DNA of 64,000 nucleotides from an uncultured Agathobacter sp. (GCA_944381555.1 CALWLL010000039.1:1717-65716); one strand, 5' to 3'; counted from the first letter of the stretch, positions 1 to 13,586 are shown. Numbers and translations are program-made. Notes: generated by a model from the letters alone, not told the origin.

Positions 1-24
1 AATTGATACTCAAAAAGTATTTAA

Positions 25-1212
25 TTACTCGATGATTGTAGCAACTCTACCAGAACCTACTGTTCTACCACCCTCACGGATAGCGAATGTAAGACCCTGT
101 TCCATAGCTACTGGATGGATAAGTTCGATAGTCATTTCTACGTTATCGCCAGGCATACACATTTCTGTACCTGCTGGTAACTGGCATACACCTGTTACGT
201 CTGTTGTTCTGAAGTAGAACTGTGGACGATAGTTGTTGAAGAACGGAGTATGACGGCCACCTTCGTCTTTTGTTAAAACGTAAACCTGAGCAGTAAATTT
301 CTTGTGGCATTTTACTGAGCCTGGTTTAACAAGACACTGTCCTCTCTGGATTTCGTCACGGTTTACACCACGAAGTAATGCACCAATGTTATCACCAGCC
401 ATAGCTTCGTCTAACATCTTACGGAACATTTCGATACCAGTTACAACAGTCTTCTTGCTATCTTCTTTGATACCGATGATTTCAAGTTCATCGTTAAGGT
501 GAAGTGTACCACGTTCTACTCTACCTGTAGCAACTGTACCACGACCTGTGATTGTGAATACGTCTTCTACTGGCATAAGGAATGGTTTGTCTGTATCACG
601 TTCTGGATCTGGAATGTATTCGTCAACTGTTGCCATAAGTTCCATGATCTTGTCGCCCCATTCTCCGTTTGGATCTTCAAGAGCTTTAAGAGCAGAACCT
701 TTAATGATTGGGCAATCATTGAATCCATATTCTTCTAACTGTTCTGTGATTTCCATTTCTACTAATTCAAGTAATTCCTCATCGTCTACCATGTCACATT
801 TGTTCATGAATACTACGATGTAAGGAACACCTACCTGACGAGAAAGAAGGATGTGTTCTTTTGTCTGAGCCATAACACCGTCAGTAGCAGCAACTACAAG
901 GATAGCGCCGTCCATCTGAGCCGCACCGGTAATCATGTTCTTAACGTAGTCAGCATGTCCCGGGCAGTCAACGTGTGCATAGTGTCTCTTTTCTGTCTGA
1001 TATTCTACGTGTGCTGTAGAAATTGTGATACCACGTTCTCTTTCTTCTGGAGCTTTATCGATATTTTCGAAATCTACTTTTTCGTTACCAGCAACTCTTT
1101 CTGCAAGAACTTTTGTGATAGCAGCTGTTAAAGTTGTTTTACCATGGTCAACGTGTCCGATGGTACCAATGTTACAATGAGCTTTGTTTCTTTCAAATTT
1201 AGCCTTTGCCAT
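25..1212 (-). CDS. tuf: translation elongation factor Tu
   Basis: 395-aa ORF with [14 protein letters not shown] and NKCD GTPase motifs. EF-Tu-like end to end. AGGAGG lies 8 nt upstream of the ATG. Confidence 0.98.
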   Translation of the reverse strand: MAKAKFERNKAHCNIGTIGHVDHGKTTLTAAITKVLAERVAGNEKVDFENIDKAPEERERGITISTAHVEYQTEKRHYAHVDCPGHADYVKNMITGAAQMDGAILVVAATDGVMAQTKEHILLSRQVGVPYIVVFMNKCDMVDDEELLELVEMEITEQLEEYGFNDCPIIKGSALKALEDPNGEWGDKIMELMATVDEYIPDPERDTDKPFLMPVEDVFTITGRGTVATGRVERGTLHLNDELEIIGIKEDSKKTVVTGIEMFRKMLDEAMAGDNIGALLRGVNRDEIQRGQCLVKPGSVKCHKKFTAQVYVLTKDEGGRHTPFFNNYRPQFYFRTTDVTGVCQLPAGTEMCMPGDNVEMTIELIHPVAMEQGLTFAIREGGRTVGSGRVATIIE

Positions 1213-1289
1213 TTTGAAAATCCTCCTTAAATTTATGCCTCATAGGGCCTTAATGTTATCTTGGTTCTTTTATAACCATGCTTAAATTG

Positions 1290-1318
1290 ATTATACGAAA
1301 TAATCCTGTCTTTTTCAA
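1290..1318 (-). promoter_or_regulatory. sigma-A-type promoter in front of tuf (internal to the str operon)
   Basis: Minus strand reads TTGAAA-17 nt-TATAAT, about 75 nt upstream of the tuf ATG. Confidence 0.6.
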
Positions 1319-1327
1319 GCATTTTTA

Positions 1328-1358
1328 ACGTAGAATCCCTAATTTTAAGGATTCTACG
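1328..1358 (-). terminator. stem-loop directly after the fusA stop (probably a leaky terminator or processing hairpin)
   Basis: 11-bp perfect stem ACGTAGAATCC/GGATTCTACGT with a 9-10 nt loop. There is no clean U-tract on the coding strand. Confidence 0.35.
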
Positions 1359-1369
1359 TATAATTTAAA

Positions 1370-3484
1370 TTATTTGCTCTGGTTAGCAAGTACTTTTTCC
1401 TGTACGTTCTTTGGAACCGGCTCATATTTCTCGAAGAACATGGAGTAGTTACCACGTCCCTGAGTTCTGGAGCGTAAGTCTGTAGAATAACCAAACATTT
1501 CTGAAAGCGGAACATAACCACGAACGATTTTTCCACCACCGAGGTCATCCATACCTTCGATACGTCCACGACGAGAGTTGATATCACCGATAACATCTCC
1601 CATGTATTCTTCCGGCATTGTTACTTCAACCTTCATGATTGGCTCAAGCAATACAGGAGCAGCCTTCTGCATAGCCTCTTTGAAACACATAGAACCAGCA
1701 ATGTGGAATGCCATTTCAGAAGAGTCAACTTCATGGTAAGATCCATCGTAAACTGTTGCATGAACACCTACAACCGGGAATCCACCTAAACTGCCGGCCT
1801 TAGTAGCTTCTTCGATACCTTCACCAACTGCCGGGATGTATTCCTTAGGAATAGCACCACCAACAACCTCTGAATCGAATTTGAATAATTCTTCTCCGTT
1901 GGCATCCATTGGCTCGAAGCGTACTTTACAGTGACCGTACTGACCACGACCACCGGACTGTTTTGCATATTTGTATTCCTGATCAACCGGTTTTGTGAAT
2001 GTTTCTTTGTAAGCAACCTGTGGAGCACCAACGTTAGCTTCTACTTTGAATTCACGAAGCAGACGGTCAACGATGATTTCAAGGTGTAATTCACCCATAC
2101 CGGCGATGATTGTCTGACCGGTTTCCTGATCGGTATGAGCACGGAATGTCGGGTCTTCTTCTGCAAGTTTTGCAAGAGCTTCACCCATTTTGCCCTGTCC
2201 GGCTTTTGTCTTAGGCTCGATAGCAAGCTCGATAACCGGTTCCGGGAATTCCATAGACTCTAAGATAACCGGATGCTGTTCATCACAGATGGTATCGCCA
2301 GTCGTTGTAAATTTGAAACCTACAGCAGCCGCGATATCTCCTGAGTAAACAATATCCAATTCTTCTCTCTTATTGGCATGCATCTGAAGAATACGACCTA
2401 CACGCTCTTTCTTGTTCTTTGTTGCGTTTAACACATAAGAACCAGACTTGCATGTACCGGAGTACACGCGGAAGTAAGCAAGCTTACCTACAAATGGGTC
2501 TGTCATAATCTTGAATGCTAATGCTGAGAATGGTTCTTCGTCTGAAGAATGTCTAACGATTTCATTGCCTTCCATATCTACACCTTTGATGGATTCGATA
2601 TCAGTTGGAGCAGGCATATATTCGATAACAGCATCAAGCAACTTCTGTACGCCTTTGTTTCTGTAAGCTGTACCGCAGCATACAGGAACAGCCTGACAGC
2701 TACATGTTCCTTTTCTTAAAGCAGCCTTTAATTCATCTACAGATGGTTCTTCACCCTCTAAATACATCATCATTAAATCGTCATCTAATTCACAGATTTT
2801 TTCCACTAATTCCTGACGGTAGATTTCTGCTTCGTCTGCCATATCGCCTAAATCGTCTGTAACTGTGATATCATCACCCTTATCGTCATTATAGATATAA
2901 GCTTTCATTTCAAATAAGTCAATGATACCCTTGAATTCGTCTTCTTTACCAATTGGTAACTGAAGACAGATTGCATTTTTTCCTAATCTGTTACGAATCT
3001 GGTCAACAGTTCCGTAGAAGTTTGCACCTAAAATGTCCATCTTATTGATGAAAGCAAGTCTCGGTACGTTATAAGTATCAGCCTGACGCCATACGTTTTC
3101 TGACTGTGGTTCTACACCACCCTTTGCACAGAAAACACCAACAGCACCATCTAATACACGAAGCGAACGCTCTACTTCAACTGTGAAGTCTACGTGTCCC
3201 GGAGTATCAATGATATTGATACGGTGTTCTAAAGCACCTGGTTTTGCTTTCGTTTGTTCCTGTAATGTCCAGTGACATGTAGTAGCGGCAGAAGTAATTG
3301 TGATACCTCTTTCCTGCTCCTGTTCCATCCAGTCCATGGTAGCAGTACCTTCGTGAGTATCACCAATTTTGTAGTTAACACCGGTATAGTAAAGAATACG
3401 CTCTGTGGTAGTAGTCTTACCAGCATCAATATGAGCCATAATACCGATATTTCTGGTTCTCTCTAATGGATATTCTCTTCCCAT
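1370..3484 (-). CDS. fusA: translation elongation factor G
   Basis: 704-aa ORF with [14 protein letters not shown] and NKMD motifs. EF-G domain order is intact. AGGAGG RBS. Confidence 0.98.
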   Translation of the reverse strand: MGREYPLERTRNIGIMAHIDAGKTTTTERILYYTGVNYKIGDTHEGTATMDWMEQEQERGITITSAATTCHWTLQEQTKAKPGALEHRINIIDTPGHVDFTVEVERSLRVLDGAVGVFCAKGGVEPQSENVWRQADTYNVPRLAFINKMDILGANFYGTVDQIRNRLGKNAICLQLPIGKEDEFKGIIDLFEMKAYIYNDDKGDDITVTDDLGDMADEAEIYRQELVEKICELDDDLMMMYLEGEEPSVDELKAALRKGTCSCQAVPVCCGTAYRNKGVQKLLDAVIEYMPAPTDIESIKGVDMEGNEIVRHSSDEEPFSALAFKIMTDPFVGKLAYFRVYSGTCKSGSYVLNATKNKKERVGRILQMHANKREELDIVYSGDIAAAVGFKFTTTGDTICDEQHPVILESMEFPEPVIELAIEPKTKAGQGKMGEALAKLAEEDPTFRAHTDQETGQTIIAGMGELHLEIIVDRLLREFKVEANVGAPQVAYKETFTKPVDQEYKYAKQSGGRGQYGHCKVRFEPMDANGEELFKFDSEVVGGAIPKEYIPAVGEGIEEATKAGSLGGFPVVGVHATVYDGSYHEVDSSEMAFHIAGSMCFKEAMQKAAPVLLEPIMKVEVTMPEEYMGDVIGDINSRRGRIEGMDDLGGGKIVRGYVPLSEMFGYSTDLRSRTQGRGNYSMFFEKYEPVPKNVQEKVLANQSK

Positions 3485-3502
3485 CTTGTCCTCCTAATAA
3501 AA

Positions 3503-3973
3503 TTAGAAACGATAGTGAGCAAACGCCTTGTTTGCTTCTGCCATTCTGTGCATTTCTTCTTTTCTCTTAACTGCTGCACCTGTGTTATTTGCAGCATCCA
3601 TAATTTCATTAGCTAATCTTTCTTCCTGTGTCTTTTCTCCACGGTTACGTGAAAAAGTTGTCAACCAGCGAAGAGCTAATGCCTGACGACGTTCCGGACG
3701 AACTTCAATCGGTACCTGATATGTTGCACCACCGATACGTCTGGCCTTCACTTCAAGAGCAGGCATCATGTTATTCATAGCTTCTTCAAATACTTCAAGA
3801 GCAGGTTTTCCTGTCTTTTCTTCTACTTTAGCAAATGCGCCGTATACGATCTTCTGAGCGATACCCTTCTTACCATCTAACATAATGTTATTGATAAGTT
3901 TTGTAACCACTTTGCTGTTATACATTGGATCTGCTAATACGTCTCTTTTCTGAGTATGTCCTTTACGTGGCAC
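3503..3973 (-). CDS. rpsG: 30S ribosomal protein S7
   Basis: S7-like sequence ([12 protein letters not shown]...). I chose the GTG at 3973 because AAGGAGGG sits 7 nt upstream. The longer ORF-track start at 3994 lies inside that RBS. Confidence 0.95.
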   Translation of the reverse strand: MPRKGHTQKRDVLADPMYNSKVVTKLINNIMLDGKKGIAQKIVYGAFAKVEEKTGKPALEVFEEAMNNMMPALEVKARRIGGATYQVPIEVRPERRQALALRWLTTFSRNRGEKTQEERLANEIMDAANNTGAAVKRKEEMHRMAEANKAFAHYRF

Positions 3974-4204
3974 GTTACTTCCCTCCTTAATCATGATATT
4001 ATGACTCGAAAAAACAAAGCTTATGCAAGCCGCCTTTCTTTGTCACGTTACTTAAAATAGTTTCGATTAATTCAACGGTACTCACATGTGTCTCTCTAAT
4101 GTGTTTCGTGCGGAATTTTATTCCAAATAGTGAATCTGATAATCCCAACACTAACCTATAGTTCTGTTTGTGATACTATTGTCTGCTAAAAAATTCCGTA
4201 CGAA

Positions 4205-4627
4205 TTATTTCTTAGCATCTTTTGGTCTCTTAGCGCCGTACTTAGAACGAGCCTGTTTTCTGTTAGCAACACCTGCGGTATCTAATGTACCACGGATGAT
4301 GTGATAACGTGTACCTGGCAAGTCTTTTACTCTGCCGCCACGAATCAGAACAACGCTATGCTCCTGTAAGTTGTGGCCTTCACCCGGAATATAAGATGTT
4401 ACTTCGATTCCGTTTGAAAGACGAACTCTGGCAATCTTTCTAAGAGCTGAGTTAGGTTTCTTAGGCGTTGCTGTTTTAACAGCCGTACATACACCACGCT
4501 TCTGCGGAGAAGATGTGTTAACTGGTTTCTTGTGAAGTGAGTTAAAACTTCTCTGAAGAGCAGGTGCTGTTGACTTCTTTACAGATGTCTGACGTCCTTT
4601 TCTTACTAACTGGTTGAATGTTGGCAT
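4205..4627 (-). CDS. rpsL: 30S ribosomal protein S12
   Basis: [12 protein letters not shown]... is the canonical S12 N-terminus. AGGAGG lies 8 nt upstream of the ATG at 4627, so the ORF-track start at 4636 is an over-extension. Confidence 0.96.
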   Translation of the reverse strand: MPTFNQLVRKGRQTSVKKSTAPALQRSFNSLHKKPVNTSSPQKRGVCTAVKTATPKKPNSALRKIARVRLSNGIEVTSYIPGEGHNLQEHSVVLIRGGRVKDLPGTRYHIIRGTLDTAGVANRKQARSKYGAKRPKDAKK

Positions 4628-4704
4628 TACTTTCACCTCCTGTATTATTCTTCATACCTGCAAAATATGCATCACAAAAATGCGCACTTTTGCACGCGTT
4701 AACT

Positions 4705-4733
4705 ATTATATAAGCATTACTTTTCCTTGTCAA
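4705..4733 (-). promoter_or_regulatory. sigma-A promoter of the rpsL-rpsG-fusA-tuf operon
   Basis: Minus strand reads TTGACA-17 nt-TATAAT, a perfect consensus. Confidence 0.75.
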
Positions 4734-4916
4734 GCAAAAAATCACTGGTATTTCAGGCTTTTACGAAGACTTTTTTACTACCTCTTCGGACAGGAGAAAT
4801 GCAAAAACAAAAATCAACAATATCTATTAATCAATGAAAAGAAAGGGCACAATATGTGCCATCCATTTGACAAAGCAAACTGTTTGCACAATCATGCCCT
4901 TTCGTAATTTTAATTA

Positions 4917-7900
4917 TTACATGATTTCAATCGTAGGAATCAGTTCATTCGGATCATACATTTCTGTAGCATCCGCATCTATGATTTCCATATCTGATAA
5001 CTCACTGTCAAGTTTAATGTTGCGGTATCTCTTCATACCCGTACCTGCCGGAATAAGTTTACCGATGATTACGTTTTCTTTCATACCAATCAATGGATCA
5101 ATCTTACCTTTGATTGCAGCTTCGGTAAGAACCTTCGTTGTTTCCTGGAAGGAAGCGGCTGAAAGGAATGAGTTTGTTGCAAGTGAGGCCTTGGTAATAC
5201 CAAGTAAAACCTGCGAGCCTGTAGCCAGTGTCTTGCCTTCTTCTTCTAACTGTTCGTTTAATTCTAAGAAGTCAAGTGCATCCACCATGCTGCCCGGTAA
5301 TAAATCAGAGTCACCATTTTCTTCTACACGAATCTTCTGGAGCATCTGACGGACAATCAGCTCAATATGTTTGTCATTGATATCTACACCTTGCAGACGG
5401 TATACTCTCTGTACTTCGCGGAGCATGTAATCCTGAACCGCACGAACACCCTTAATCTTTAAGATGTCATGTGGGTTTACAGAACCTTCGGTAAGTTCAT
5501 CACCGGCTTCAAGAACTGCACCGTCTGTAATCTTGATACGTGAGCCGTATGGGATAAGGTATGTCTTCGTTTCACCTGTTTCATTGTTTGTTACAACAAC
5601 TTCACGTTTCTTCTTCGTATCTTTAATTGTAGCCACGCCGCCAAACTCTGTGATGATTGCAAGACCTTTTGGCTTACGGGCCTCAAAGATTTCCTCGACA
5701 CGAGGAAGACCCTGTGTAATATCGTTTCCGGCTACACCACCTGTATGGAAGGTTCTCATTGTAAGCTGAGTACCCGGTTCACCGATGGACTGAGCTGCGA
5801 TAATACCGATTGCTTCACCAACCTGAACAGCCTGACCGGTTGCCATGTTAGCACCGTAACACTTCGCACATACACCCATATGTGAGCGGCAGCTTAAGAT
5901 GGTACGAATCTTAACTTCGCCAAGCGGCTTTCCTGTATCATCTGTTCTGTTGATCGGTCTGCCCTGACTGTCTACACCCTTCTTCCAGATTGCCTCTGCG
6001 CGTCTAGGTGTAATCATATGATTTGCTTTTACTAAGAGGTTTCCTTCTGCATCATAAATATCTTCGCATGAGAAACGTCCTGTAATACGCTCTTTTAAGC
6101 TTTCAATTTCTTCCTTACCTTCCATGAATGCTTTTACAACCATTCCCGGAATTTCACGTCCTGTTCCTTCTACACAGTCCTTCTCACGAACGATCATGTG
6201 CTGAGAAACGTCTACAAGACGTCTTGTAAGGTAACCGGAGTCGGCAGTACGAAGTGCTGTATCGGATAGACCTTTACGGGCACCGTGTGCAGACATGAAA
6301 TACTCCAATACGTCAAGACCTTCACGGAAGTTTGACTTAATTGGCAGCTCGATGGTCTTACCTGTTGTATCCGCCATCAAACCACGCATACCTGCTAACT
6401 GCTTAATCTGCTTATCAGAACCACGTGCGCCGGAGTCAGCCATCATAAAGATGTTGTTGTACTTGTCAAGACCTGTAAGAAGCGCTTTGGTAAGCTCATC
6501 ATCCGTTTCCTTCCATGTTTCTACTACTTCTTTATAACGCTCTTCTTCTGTAATAAGACCACGTTTGTACTGCTTTGTAATTCTGTCTACTGTATTCTGT
6601 GCCTCTTCGATCATCTGCGGTTTCTGAGGCGGTACTGTCATGTCAGAAATGGATACTGTCATAGCAGCTCTTGTAGAATACTTGTAACCCATAGCCTTAA
6701 CGTCGTCTAATACTTCTGCTGTCTTTGTTGCGCCATGAATATTGATAACCTTTTCAAGAATCTGTTTAATCTGTTTCTTTCCTACATGGAAATCGATTTC
6801 GAGTTTTAAAGCATTTTCCGGGTTTGTTCTGTCAACAAATCCTAAGTCCTGAGGAATAATTTCATTGAAGATCAAAAGCCCAAGTGTGGTTGATACAAAA
6901 CCGGAAGCCTTGTTGCCGTTTGCATCTATCGCTGTACGGTATACATAAATTGTCTGGTGAAGTGTAATCTCTCCGTTTTCGTATGCAAGTAACGCCTGAT
7001 TCATGCTTCCGAAATGATATCCGAAAAGATCCATTGGTGTACAAAGCACACGACGATTGTTATCGGTTACATCTTCAAACCAGATTAAGTCATAAAGACC
7101 AATCTCTGCTTTACCAGTCTTAGGATCCGGAGTTGTTACTGCCTTTAATTCCTCTAAATTATTGAACACTTTATCGGAAACTGCTGCTGCGCCTTTTTCA
7201 TTTACCCTGTCAGCAAGTTTTCTCATAGTCAGGTAGTAAACACCAAGAACCATATCCTGTGAAGGAACCGCTACCGGGCCACCGTCTGAAGGTTTCAGTA
7301 AATTATTCGGTGAAAGGAGCATAAATCTGCATTCCGCCTGTGCCTCTACAGAAAGCGGAAGGTGAACTGCCATCTGGTCACCGTCGAAGTCAGCGTTAAA
7401 CGCGGTACATACCAGCGGATGCAGCTTAATAGCCTTACCTTCAACCAATACCGGTTCAAACGCCTGAATACCAAGTCTGTGCAGTGTAGGAGCGCGGTTT
7501 AACATTACCGGATGCTCTTTAATCACTTCTTCCAGAACATCCCATACTTCCGGCTGAAGTCTTTCTACCATTTTCTTGGCACTCTTAATATTATGTGCGG
7601 TTCCATTTGCGGCTAACTCCTTCATTACAAAAGGCTTGAACAATTCGATAGCCATTTCTTTTGGAAGACCACACTGATAAATCTTTAGCTTTGGTTCTAC
7701 ACAGATAACGGAACGGCCTGAGTAGTCAACACGTTTACCAAGCAGGTTCTGACGGAAACGTCCGCCCTTACCTTTTAACATATCAGACAGAGACTTCAGT
7801 GCTCTGTTACCAGGTCCTGTTACCGGACGACCGCGACGGCCATTGTCAATCAGCGCATCAACCGCTTCCTGAAGCATACGCTTTTCGTTGCGGACAATGA

Positions 7901-8759
7901 TATCCGGTGCGCCTAAATCTAATAATCTGCGCAGACGATTGTTACGGTTAATGATTCTTCTATATAAATCGTTTAAGTCGGATGTCGCAAAACGTCCGCC
8001 ATCCAACTGCACCATTGGACGTAAATCTGGCGGAATAACCGGAATAACCGTCATTATCATCCATTCCGGTTTGTTGCCGGATTCGCGGAAAGCTTCCACT
8101 ACTTCGAGACGTTTGATAATACGCGCTCTCTTCTGTCCTGTTGCATTTTCAAGCTCTGCCTTTAAATCTTCGGAATCCTTATCCAAATCAATTGCAGCTA
8201 AAAGTTCATGAATTGCTTCTGCACCCATACCTACACGGAACGCATTGCCATACTGTTCCCTTGCTTCCTGATACTCTGCTTCTGAGAGAACCTGTTTGTA
8301 AGCAAGAGAAGTATCGCCTGCATCTAATACGATGTATGATGCAAAATACAGAACTCTTTCGAGTACACGCGGCGATAAGTCAAGGATGAGTCCCATGCGT
8401 GATGGGATGCCCTTGAAGTACCAGATATGAGACACAGGAGCTGCAAGCTCAATGTGTCCCATACGCTCTCTACGAACGCTTGCTTTTGTTATTTCAACGC
8501 CGCAACGGTCGCAGACAACGCCTTTGTAACGGATTTTCTTATATTTACCACAATGACATTCCCAGTCTTTTTGAGGTCCGAAAATCTTTTCACAGAACAA
8601 ACCGTCCTTTTCCGGTTTTAAGGTTCTATAGTTAATTGTCTCAGGTTTTTTTACTTCGCCATGAGACCATTCTCTGATTTTTTCTGGGGATGCAAGTCCG
8701 ATTTGAATAGCGTCGAACAGCATTGCCTGATTTGTCTCATTATTCATTGTTTCTGGCAT
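4917..8759 (-). CDS. rpoC: DNA-directed RNA polymerase subunit beta'
   Basis: 1280-aa ORF with the NADFDGDQM catalytic motif and an N-terminal Zn-finger cysteine cluster. It follows rpoB by 20 nt. Confidence 0.98.
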   Translation of the reverse strand: MPETMNNETNQAMLFDAIQIGLASPEKIREWSHGEVKKPETINYRTLKPEKDGLFCEKIFGPQKDWECHCGKYKKIRYKGVVCDRCGVEITKASVRRERMGHIELAAPVSHIWYFKGIPSRMGLILDLSPRVLERVLYFASYIVLDAGDTSLAYKQVLSEAEYQEAREQYGNAFRVGMGAEAIHELLAAIDLDKDSEDLKAELENATGQKRARIIKRLEVVEAFRESGNKPEWMIMTVIPVIPPDLRPMVQLDGGRFATSDLNDLYRRIINRNNRLRRLLDLGAPDIIVRNEKRMLQEAVDALIDNGRRGRPVTGPGNRALKSLSDMLKGKGGRFRQNLLGKRVDYSGRSVICVEPKLKIYQCGLPKEMAIELFKPFVMKELAANGTAHNIKSAKKMVERLQPEVWDVLEEVIKEHPVMLNRAPTLHRLGIQAFEPVLVEGKAIKLHPLVCTAFNADFDGDQMAVHLPLSVEAQAECRFMLLSPNNLLKPSDGGPVAVPSQDMVLGVYYLTMRKLADRVNEKGAAAVSDKVFNNLEELKAVTTPDPKTGKAEIGLYDLIWFEDVTDNNRRVLCTPMDLFGYHFGSMNQALLAYENGEITLHQTIYVYRTAIDANGNKASGFVSTTLGLLIFNEIIPQDLGFVDRTNPENALKLEIDFHVGKKQIKQILEKVINIHGATKTAEVLDDVKAMGYKYSTRAAMTVSISDMTVPPQKPQMIEEAQNTVDRITKQYKRGLITEEERYKEVVETWKETDDELTKALLTGLDKYNNIFMMADSGARGSDKQIKQLAGMRGLMADTTGKTIELPIKSNFREGLDVLEYFMSAHGARKGLSDTALRTADSGYLTRRLVDVSQHMIVREKDCVEGTGREIPGMVVKAFMEGKEEIESLKERITGRFSCEDIYDAEGNLLVKANHMITPRRAEAIWKKGVDSQGRPINRTDDTGKPLGEVKIRTILSCRSHMGVCAKCYGANMATGQAVQVGEAIGIIAAQSIGEPGTQLTMRTFHTGGVAGNDITQGLPRVEEIFEARKPKGLAIITEFGGVATIKDTKKKREVVVTNNETGETKTYLIPYGSRIKITDGAVLEAGDELTEGSVNPHDILKIKGVRAVQDYMLREVQRVYRLQGVDINDKHIELIVRQMLQKIRVEENGDSDLLPGSMVDALDFLELNEQLEEEGKTLATGSQVLLGITKASLATNSFLSAASFQETTKVLTEAAIKGKIDPLIGMKENVIIGKLIPAGTGMKRYRNIKLDSELSDMEIIDADATEMYDPNELIPTIEIM

Positions 8760-8779
8760 TTATGGCACTCCCTTCTTAT

Positions 8780-11700
8780 TTATTCTTCATCAAACAAGTC
8801 ATCATCATCATAGAAGTCGGAATCAGAATCATCCATATCCTCATCTTCCACATTTATCAGTTCTTCTGCTTCCGCATCAAATTCCTGTTTAGTAAATCCG
8901 TGCTGCGCAAATGATTCGCTATCTTCAAATGCATAGTCTTTGTCATTTCCGATAATAGAATTGATATCTGTGTTGCCGTACTCACTTGTTTCCATAAGTT
9001 CAACTTCATTTCTGTCTTCGTCAAGAACTTTTACATCCAGACCAAGTGACTGAAGTTCTTTTAAGAGTACTTTAAAGGATTCCGGAATTCCCGGTTCTGG
9101 AATATTGTCACCCTTGATAATTGCTTCGTAAGTCTTAACACGTCCGATAACGTCATCGGATTTTACGGTTAAGATTTCCTGCAATGTGTATGCTGCACCA
9201 TAAGCCTCCAATGCCCATACTTCCATTTCACCGAAACGCTGTCCGCCGAACTGGGCTTTACCACCCAGAGGCTGCTGTGTAACGAGTGAATAAGGACCTG
9301 TTGAACGGGCATGAATCTTATCGTCTACTAAGTGATGAAGTTTCAGATAATGCATGTGACCAATTGTTACGCGGCCATCAAAGCACTCACCTGTTCTGCC
9401 GTCTCTAAGCTGTACTTTACCGTCTCTGGAAATCGGAACACCCTTCCAAAGAGATCTGTGTTCTCTGTTTTCTGATAAATAGTTTATTACATCTTCGCGT
9501 AATACGTCTGCATATTTATCATAGAAGGTTTCTTCACCATTTTCAGCTTCTTCCTTGTCAAACGGCATATTTACATAGTCGTTTGCAAGCTCTAATGTAT
9601 CCTGAATGTCAATTTCGCGCGCGCCATCGAATACCGGAGTTTCAACATTGATACCGAGTGCTTTTGCAGCAAGGCTTAAATGAATTTCCAGTACCTGACC
9701 GATGTTCATACGCGAAGGTACACCCAATGGGTTTAATACAATATCAAGCGGACGTCCGTTTGGAAGGAATGGCATGTCTTCTACAGGCAGCACACGGGAA
9801 ACAACACCCTTGTTACCGTGACGGCCAGCCATCTTGTCACCTACTGAAATCTTTCTCTTCTGCGCGATATAAATACGAACAGATTCGTTTACTCCCGGAG
9901 ATAATTCATCACCGTTTTCTCTAGTAAATACTTTCGCATCCACAACGATACCGTATGCGCCATGCGGTACTTTTAATGAAGTATCACGTACTTCACGGGC
10001 TTTTTCACCGAAGATTGCACGAAGCAATCTTTCTTCTGCGGTAAGCTCTGTTTCACCCTTAGGCGTTACTTTACCTACAAGGATATCCCCTGCCCGGACT
10101 TCTGCGCCAACGCGGATAATACCTCTTTCATCAAGGTCTTTTAAGGCATCGTCGCCAACGCCAGGTACGTCACGGGTGATTTCTTCCGGTCCGAGCTTGG
10201 TGTCACGGGCTTCTACTTCGTATTCTTCAATATGGATAGATGTATAAACATCATATTCCACTAATCTTTCACTAAGGAGAACCGCATCTTCGTAGTTGTA
10301 ACCTTCCCATGTCATGAAACCAATGAGCGGGTTCTTTCCAAGTGCTAATTCACCGTTTGAGGTTGACGGACCATCCGCAATAACCTCTCCTGCTTCTACC
10401 TTCTGGCCTTTAAATACGATAGGTCTCTGGTTGTAGCAGTTTGACTGGTTAGAACGGGAGAACTTTGTAAGGTTATACGTTCTCTTGCTTCCATCTTCTT
10501 CTCTGACAACGATACGGTTTGATTCAGCGCTTTCTACTGTACCGGCAGCTTTTGCAACCACACACACGCCTGAGTCAACTGCCGCTTTTGTTTCCATACC
10601 TGTACCTACTACAGGCGCTTCTGTTGTAAGAAGCGGAACTGCCTGACGCTGCATGTTAGAGCCCATGAGGGCACGGTTCGCATCATCATTCTGCAAGAAC
10701 GGAATTAAAGCTGTAGCTACAGAGAATACCATCTTAGGAGATACGTCCATAAAGTCGAACGCAGTCTTATCGTATTCCTGTGTTTCGTCAAGATAACGGC
10801 CGGATACAGAGTTACGGACAAAATGTCCTTCTGCATCTAATTTTTCGTTAGCCTGCGCTACATGATAATTATCTTCTTCGTCTGCTGTCATATAAACAAC
10901 TTCATCCGTAACGCGTGGATTTAATGGGTCAGTTTTATCAATCTTACGATATGGAGCTTCTACGAAACCATATTCATTGATTCTTGCATAACATGCAAGC
11001 GAGTTGATAAGACCGATGTTCGGACCTTCAGGTGTTTCGATAGGACACATACGTCCATAATGGCTGTAGTGTACGTCTCGAACCTCGAAACCTGCACGAT
11101 CTCTGGAAAGACCACCAGGTCCTAACGCTGACAGACGTCTCTTATGTGTCAGCTCGCCAAGCGGGTTATTCTGGTCCATAAACTGTGATAACTGTGAAGA
11201 ACCGAAAAATTCTTTTACAGCCGCAGTTACCGGTTTGATATTTATTAAGCTCTGAGGTGAAATTCCTTCCAAATCCTGAGTAGTCATTCTTTCACGGACA
11301 ACTCTTTCCAATCTGGAAAGACCAATACGGTACTGGTTCTGTAACAATTCACCAACCGCACGGATACGTCTGTTTCCTAAGTGGTCAATGTCGTCGCTGC
11401 TTCCCAATCCCCACTCTAAATGCATATTATAATTGATAGACGCGAAGATATCTTCTTTTGTAATATGCTTTGGAATCAAGTCGCTAATCTCACGCTTGAT
11501 TGCTTCCATACGATCTTCTAATGTGTCATATTCTTCCATAATCTGGGCAAGTACCGGATAGAATACTAATTCATTAACACCAAGCTCCTTTGGGTTTTCA
11601 ATTTCCGGAATCCATGTCTTGATGTCAACCATCATATTAGAAAGAACTTTTACATTTCTTGTTTCTGTCTGAATCCAAACAAAAGGAGCGGCAGCGTTCT

Positions 11701-12688
11701 GAATCTGGTCTGCCAGTTCTCTTGTAGCAGTTGTTCCGGCAGCGGCAATAACTTCTCCTGTGGATGGGTCGATAACGTCTTCTGCGATAACCTGTCCGTT
11801 AATACGGTTTTTTAATGCTAACTTCTTGTTAAATTTATAACGTCCAACTTTAGCAAGATCATATCTTCTTGCGTCAAAGAACATAGCTGTAATTAAGCTC
11901 TCTGCGCTTTCTACGGAAAGCGGTTCGCCCGGACGAATCTTTTTGTATAACTCTAATAAACCAGCCTCAAAACTACCCTGCGGCTCTTTTTCCGTGATAG
12001 AAGGGTCTTTTGCAAAGGATGCTAAAATCTTTGGCTCTTCACCGAACATATCAAGAATCTGCTGGTTGGTTCCTACTCCAAGCGCACGAATTAATACTGT
12101 GATAGGAACCTTACGTGTTCTATCTACTCTTACACTGAAAACGTCATTGGAATCTGTTTCATACTCTAACCATGCTCCACGATTTGGAATAACTGTACAT
12201 GAGTACAGGGTCTTGCCAACCTTATCGTGTGCAATATCATAATAGATGCCCGGTGAACGAACTAACTGGCTAACGATTACCCGCTCTGCACCGTTAATTA
12301 CGAATGTACCGGTTTCTGTCATAAGTGGCAGATCTCCCATGAAAATTTCATGTTCATTAATTTCGTCTGTCTCTTTGTTATGAAGTCTTACCTTTACTTT
12401 TAAAGGAGCCGCATAAGTCGCATCTCTTTCCTTGCATTCCGGAATCGTATATTTTACATCGTCTTCGCACAGTGTAAAATCCACAAACTCCAGGCTCAGA
12501 TGACCGCTGTAATCAGCGATTGGAGAGATATCCGCAAATGCCTCTTTCAAACCCTCGTCTAAAAACCACTGATAGGAATCCTTCTGGACTTCAATCAGGT
12601 TTGGCATCTGAAGTACCTCTTTTTGTCTTGAGTAACTCATACGCATGCCTTTTCCAGCTTTCACTGGACGTATTCTGTTTTTCTCCAT
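8780..12688 (-). CDS. rpoB: DNA-directed RNA polymerase subunit beta
   Basis: 1302-aa ORF that is RpoB-like throughout. It ends in a very acidic tail ([21 protein letters not shown]). GAGAGGTG RBS. Confidence 0.98.
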   Translation of the reverse strand: MEKNRIRPVKAGKGMRMSYSRQKEVLQMPNLIEVQKDSYQWFLDEGLKEAFADISPIADYSGHLSLEFVDFTLCEDDVKYTIPECKERDATYAAPLKVKVRLHNKETDEINEHEIFMGDLPLMTETGTFVINGAERVIVSQLVRSPGIYYDIAHDKVGKTLYSCTVIPNRGAWLEYETDSNDVFSVRVDRTRKVPITVLIRALGVGTNQQILDMFGEEPKILASFAKDPSITEKEPQGSFEAGLLELYKKIRPGEPLSVESAESLITAMFFDARRYDLAKVGRYKFNKKLALKNRINGQVIAEDVIDPSTGEVIAAAGTTATRELADQIQNAAAPFVWIQTETRNVKVLSNMMVDIKTWIPEIENPKELGVNELVFYPVLAQIMEEYDTLEDRMEAIKREISDLIPKHITKEDIFASINYNMHLEWGLGSSDDIDHLGNRRIRAVGELLQNQYRIGLSRLERVVRERMTTQDLEGISPQSLINIKPVTAAVKEFFGSSQLSQFMDQNNPLGELTHKRRLSALGPGGLSRDRAGFEVRDVHYSHYGRMCPIETPEGPNIGLINSLACYARINEYGFVEAPYRKIDKTDPLNPRVTDEVVYMTADEEDNYHVAQANEKLDAEGHFVRNSVSGRYLDETQEYDKTAFDFMDVSPKMVFSVATALIPFLQNDDANRALMGSNMQRQAVPLLTTEAPVVGTGMETKAAVDSGVCVVAKAAGTVESAESNRIVVREEDGSKRTYNLTKFSRSNQSNCYNQRPIVFKGQKVEAGEVIADGPSTSNGELALGKNPLIGFMTWEGYNYEDAVLLSERLVEYDVYTSIHIEEYEVEARDTKLGPEEITRDVPGVGDDALKDLDERGIIRVGAEVRAGDILVGKVTPKGETELTAEERLLRAIFGEKAREVRDTSLKVPHGAYGIVVDAKVFTRENGDELSPGVNESVRIYIAQKRKISVGDKMAGRHGNKGVVSRVLPVEDMPFLPNGRPLDIVLNPLGVPSRMNIGQVLEIHLSLAAKALGINVETPVFDGAREIDIQDTLELANDYVNMPFDKEEAENGEETFYDKYADVLREDVINYLSENREHRSLWKGVPISRDGKVQLRDGRTGECFDGRVTIGHMHYLKLHHLVDDKIHARSTGPYSLVTQQPLGGKAQFGGQRFGEMEVWALEAYGAAYTLQEILTVKSDDVIGRVKTYEAIIKGDNIPEPGIPESFKVLLKELQSLGLDVKVLDEDRNEVELMETSEYGNTDINSIIGNDKDYAFEDSESFAQHGFTKQEFDAEAEELINVEDEDMDDSDSDFYDDDDLFDEE

Positions 12689-12994
12689 TGACGTTTCACC
12701 TCTCGTTTTGTTCTATTTTTAATAACAGTTCCAAACTTTTCCCAAATCCGCAGAATGAGCAGCACAGCAACCGGATACTGGCGACAGTACGCTTTTGCAG
12801 ATATATAAGAGCAGTCTGAGACCATCATCGAGTCAATATCATGTTGAAAATTTTTCCGTATACGCAATATCTTGTAGAAAAATTTCAAATTGCATTCACA
12901 ATTCAAAAAACTCGTCAAAAACCTGATGTTTTTAGGGCTCTCAGACGCTGATTTTCCAATTTAAAGTCTATTAAACCATGATAATGCACCGTAT

Positions 12995-13023
12995 AGCATA
13001 GCACAAGTTCTAAAGGAATGCAA
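12995..13023 (-). promoter_or_regulatory. candidate sigma-A promoter for rpoBC
   Basis: Minus strand reads TTGCAT-17 nt-TATGCT with TG at the extended -10 position. It would give a leader of about 300 nt. Confidence 0.4.
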
Positions 13024-13114
13024 GTAAAACTTTGTCTTTTTTCAAGATATTTCCCGCCGCCCATAAAACCGCAAGATGCTTACATACCATTGGAAACAAT
13101 ATTCACTATAATGC

Positions 13115-13150
13115 AAAAAGCCGTCGGATAAACAAATTTATCCAACGACT
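13115..13150 (-). terminator. rho-independent terminator after rplL
   Basis: 14-bp stem (2 G.U pairs) AGTCGTTGGATAAA/TTTATCCGACGGCT, followed by TTTTT on the minus strand. Confidence 0.7.
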
Positions 13151-13178
13151 TCTTATTCTTTCATAGTTTACACTTGAA

Positions 13179-13553
13179 TTATTTGAGAGTAACTTTAGCT
13201 CCAACTTCTTCAAGTCTCTTCTTGATGTCTTCAGCTGTAGCTTTGTCAGCCTGTTCTTTAACGATCTTTGGAGCTCCGTCTACAACATCTTTAGCTTCTT
13301 TAAGACCAAGACCTGTTACTTCACGTACAACTTTGATAACTTTAACCTTTTCTGAACCAGCTTCTGTTAATTCTACGTCGAATTCTGTCTTTTCTTCTTC
13401 AGCCGCTGCTGCCGGTCCTGCTGCTGCAACTACTACACCTGCTGCTGCAGACACGCCAAATTCTTCTTCACAAGCTTTTACTAATTCGTTTAATTCTAAT
13501 ACGCTTAATTCTTTGATAGCTTCAATAAATTCTGCTGTTGTTAATTTTGCCAT
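13179..13553 (-). CDS. rplL: 50S ribosomal protein L7/L12
   Basis: [27 protein letters not shown]... with an Ala-rich hinge. GGAGG lies 8 nt upstream of the ATG at 13553. Confidence 0.96.
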   Translation of the reverse strand: MAKLTTAEFIEAIKELSVLELNELVKACEEEFGVSAAAGVVVAAAGPAAAAEEEKTEFDVELTEAGSEKVKVIKVVREVTGLGLKEAKDVVDGAPKIVKEQADKATAEDIKKRLEEVGAKVTLK

Positions 13554-13586
13554 TTTATTTTCCTCCATTAAATAATTTTAAAATGA

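Noticed and set aside
3974-3994. Longer N-terminal extensions proposed by the ORF track for rpsG, rpsL (4636), rplL (13568), rplA (15116), flagellin 2 (27687), fliS (28813), GH127 (42028), pfk (42115), the HD hydrolase (44477), the SNase (55923) and the ABC ATPase (60376).
   Set aside because: In each case a canonical family N-terminus with a well-spaced AGGAGG-type RBS lies downstream. The extension overlaps that RBS or the upstream gene.
4834-5349. 171-aa plus-strand ORF, together with the many other 60-125-aa ORFs antisense to or out of frame with tuf, fusA, rpoC and rpoB (for example 32-217, 7888-8211, 9658-9924 and 11943-12242).
   Set aside because: They are fully embedded in strongly conserved genes on the other strand or frame. 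They have no RBS and a mirror-frame composition, so they are typical shadow ORFs.
13174-13575. 133-aa Ala/Ser/Thr-rich ORF on the plus strand.
   Set aside because: It is the exact antisense shadow of rplL, whose Ala/Glu/Lys-rich codons read as A/S/T/F on the opposite strand.
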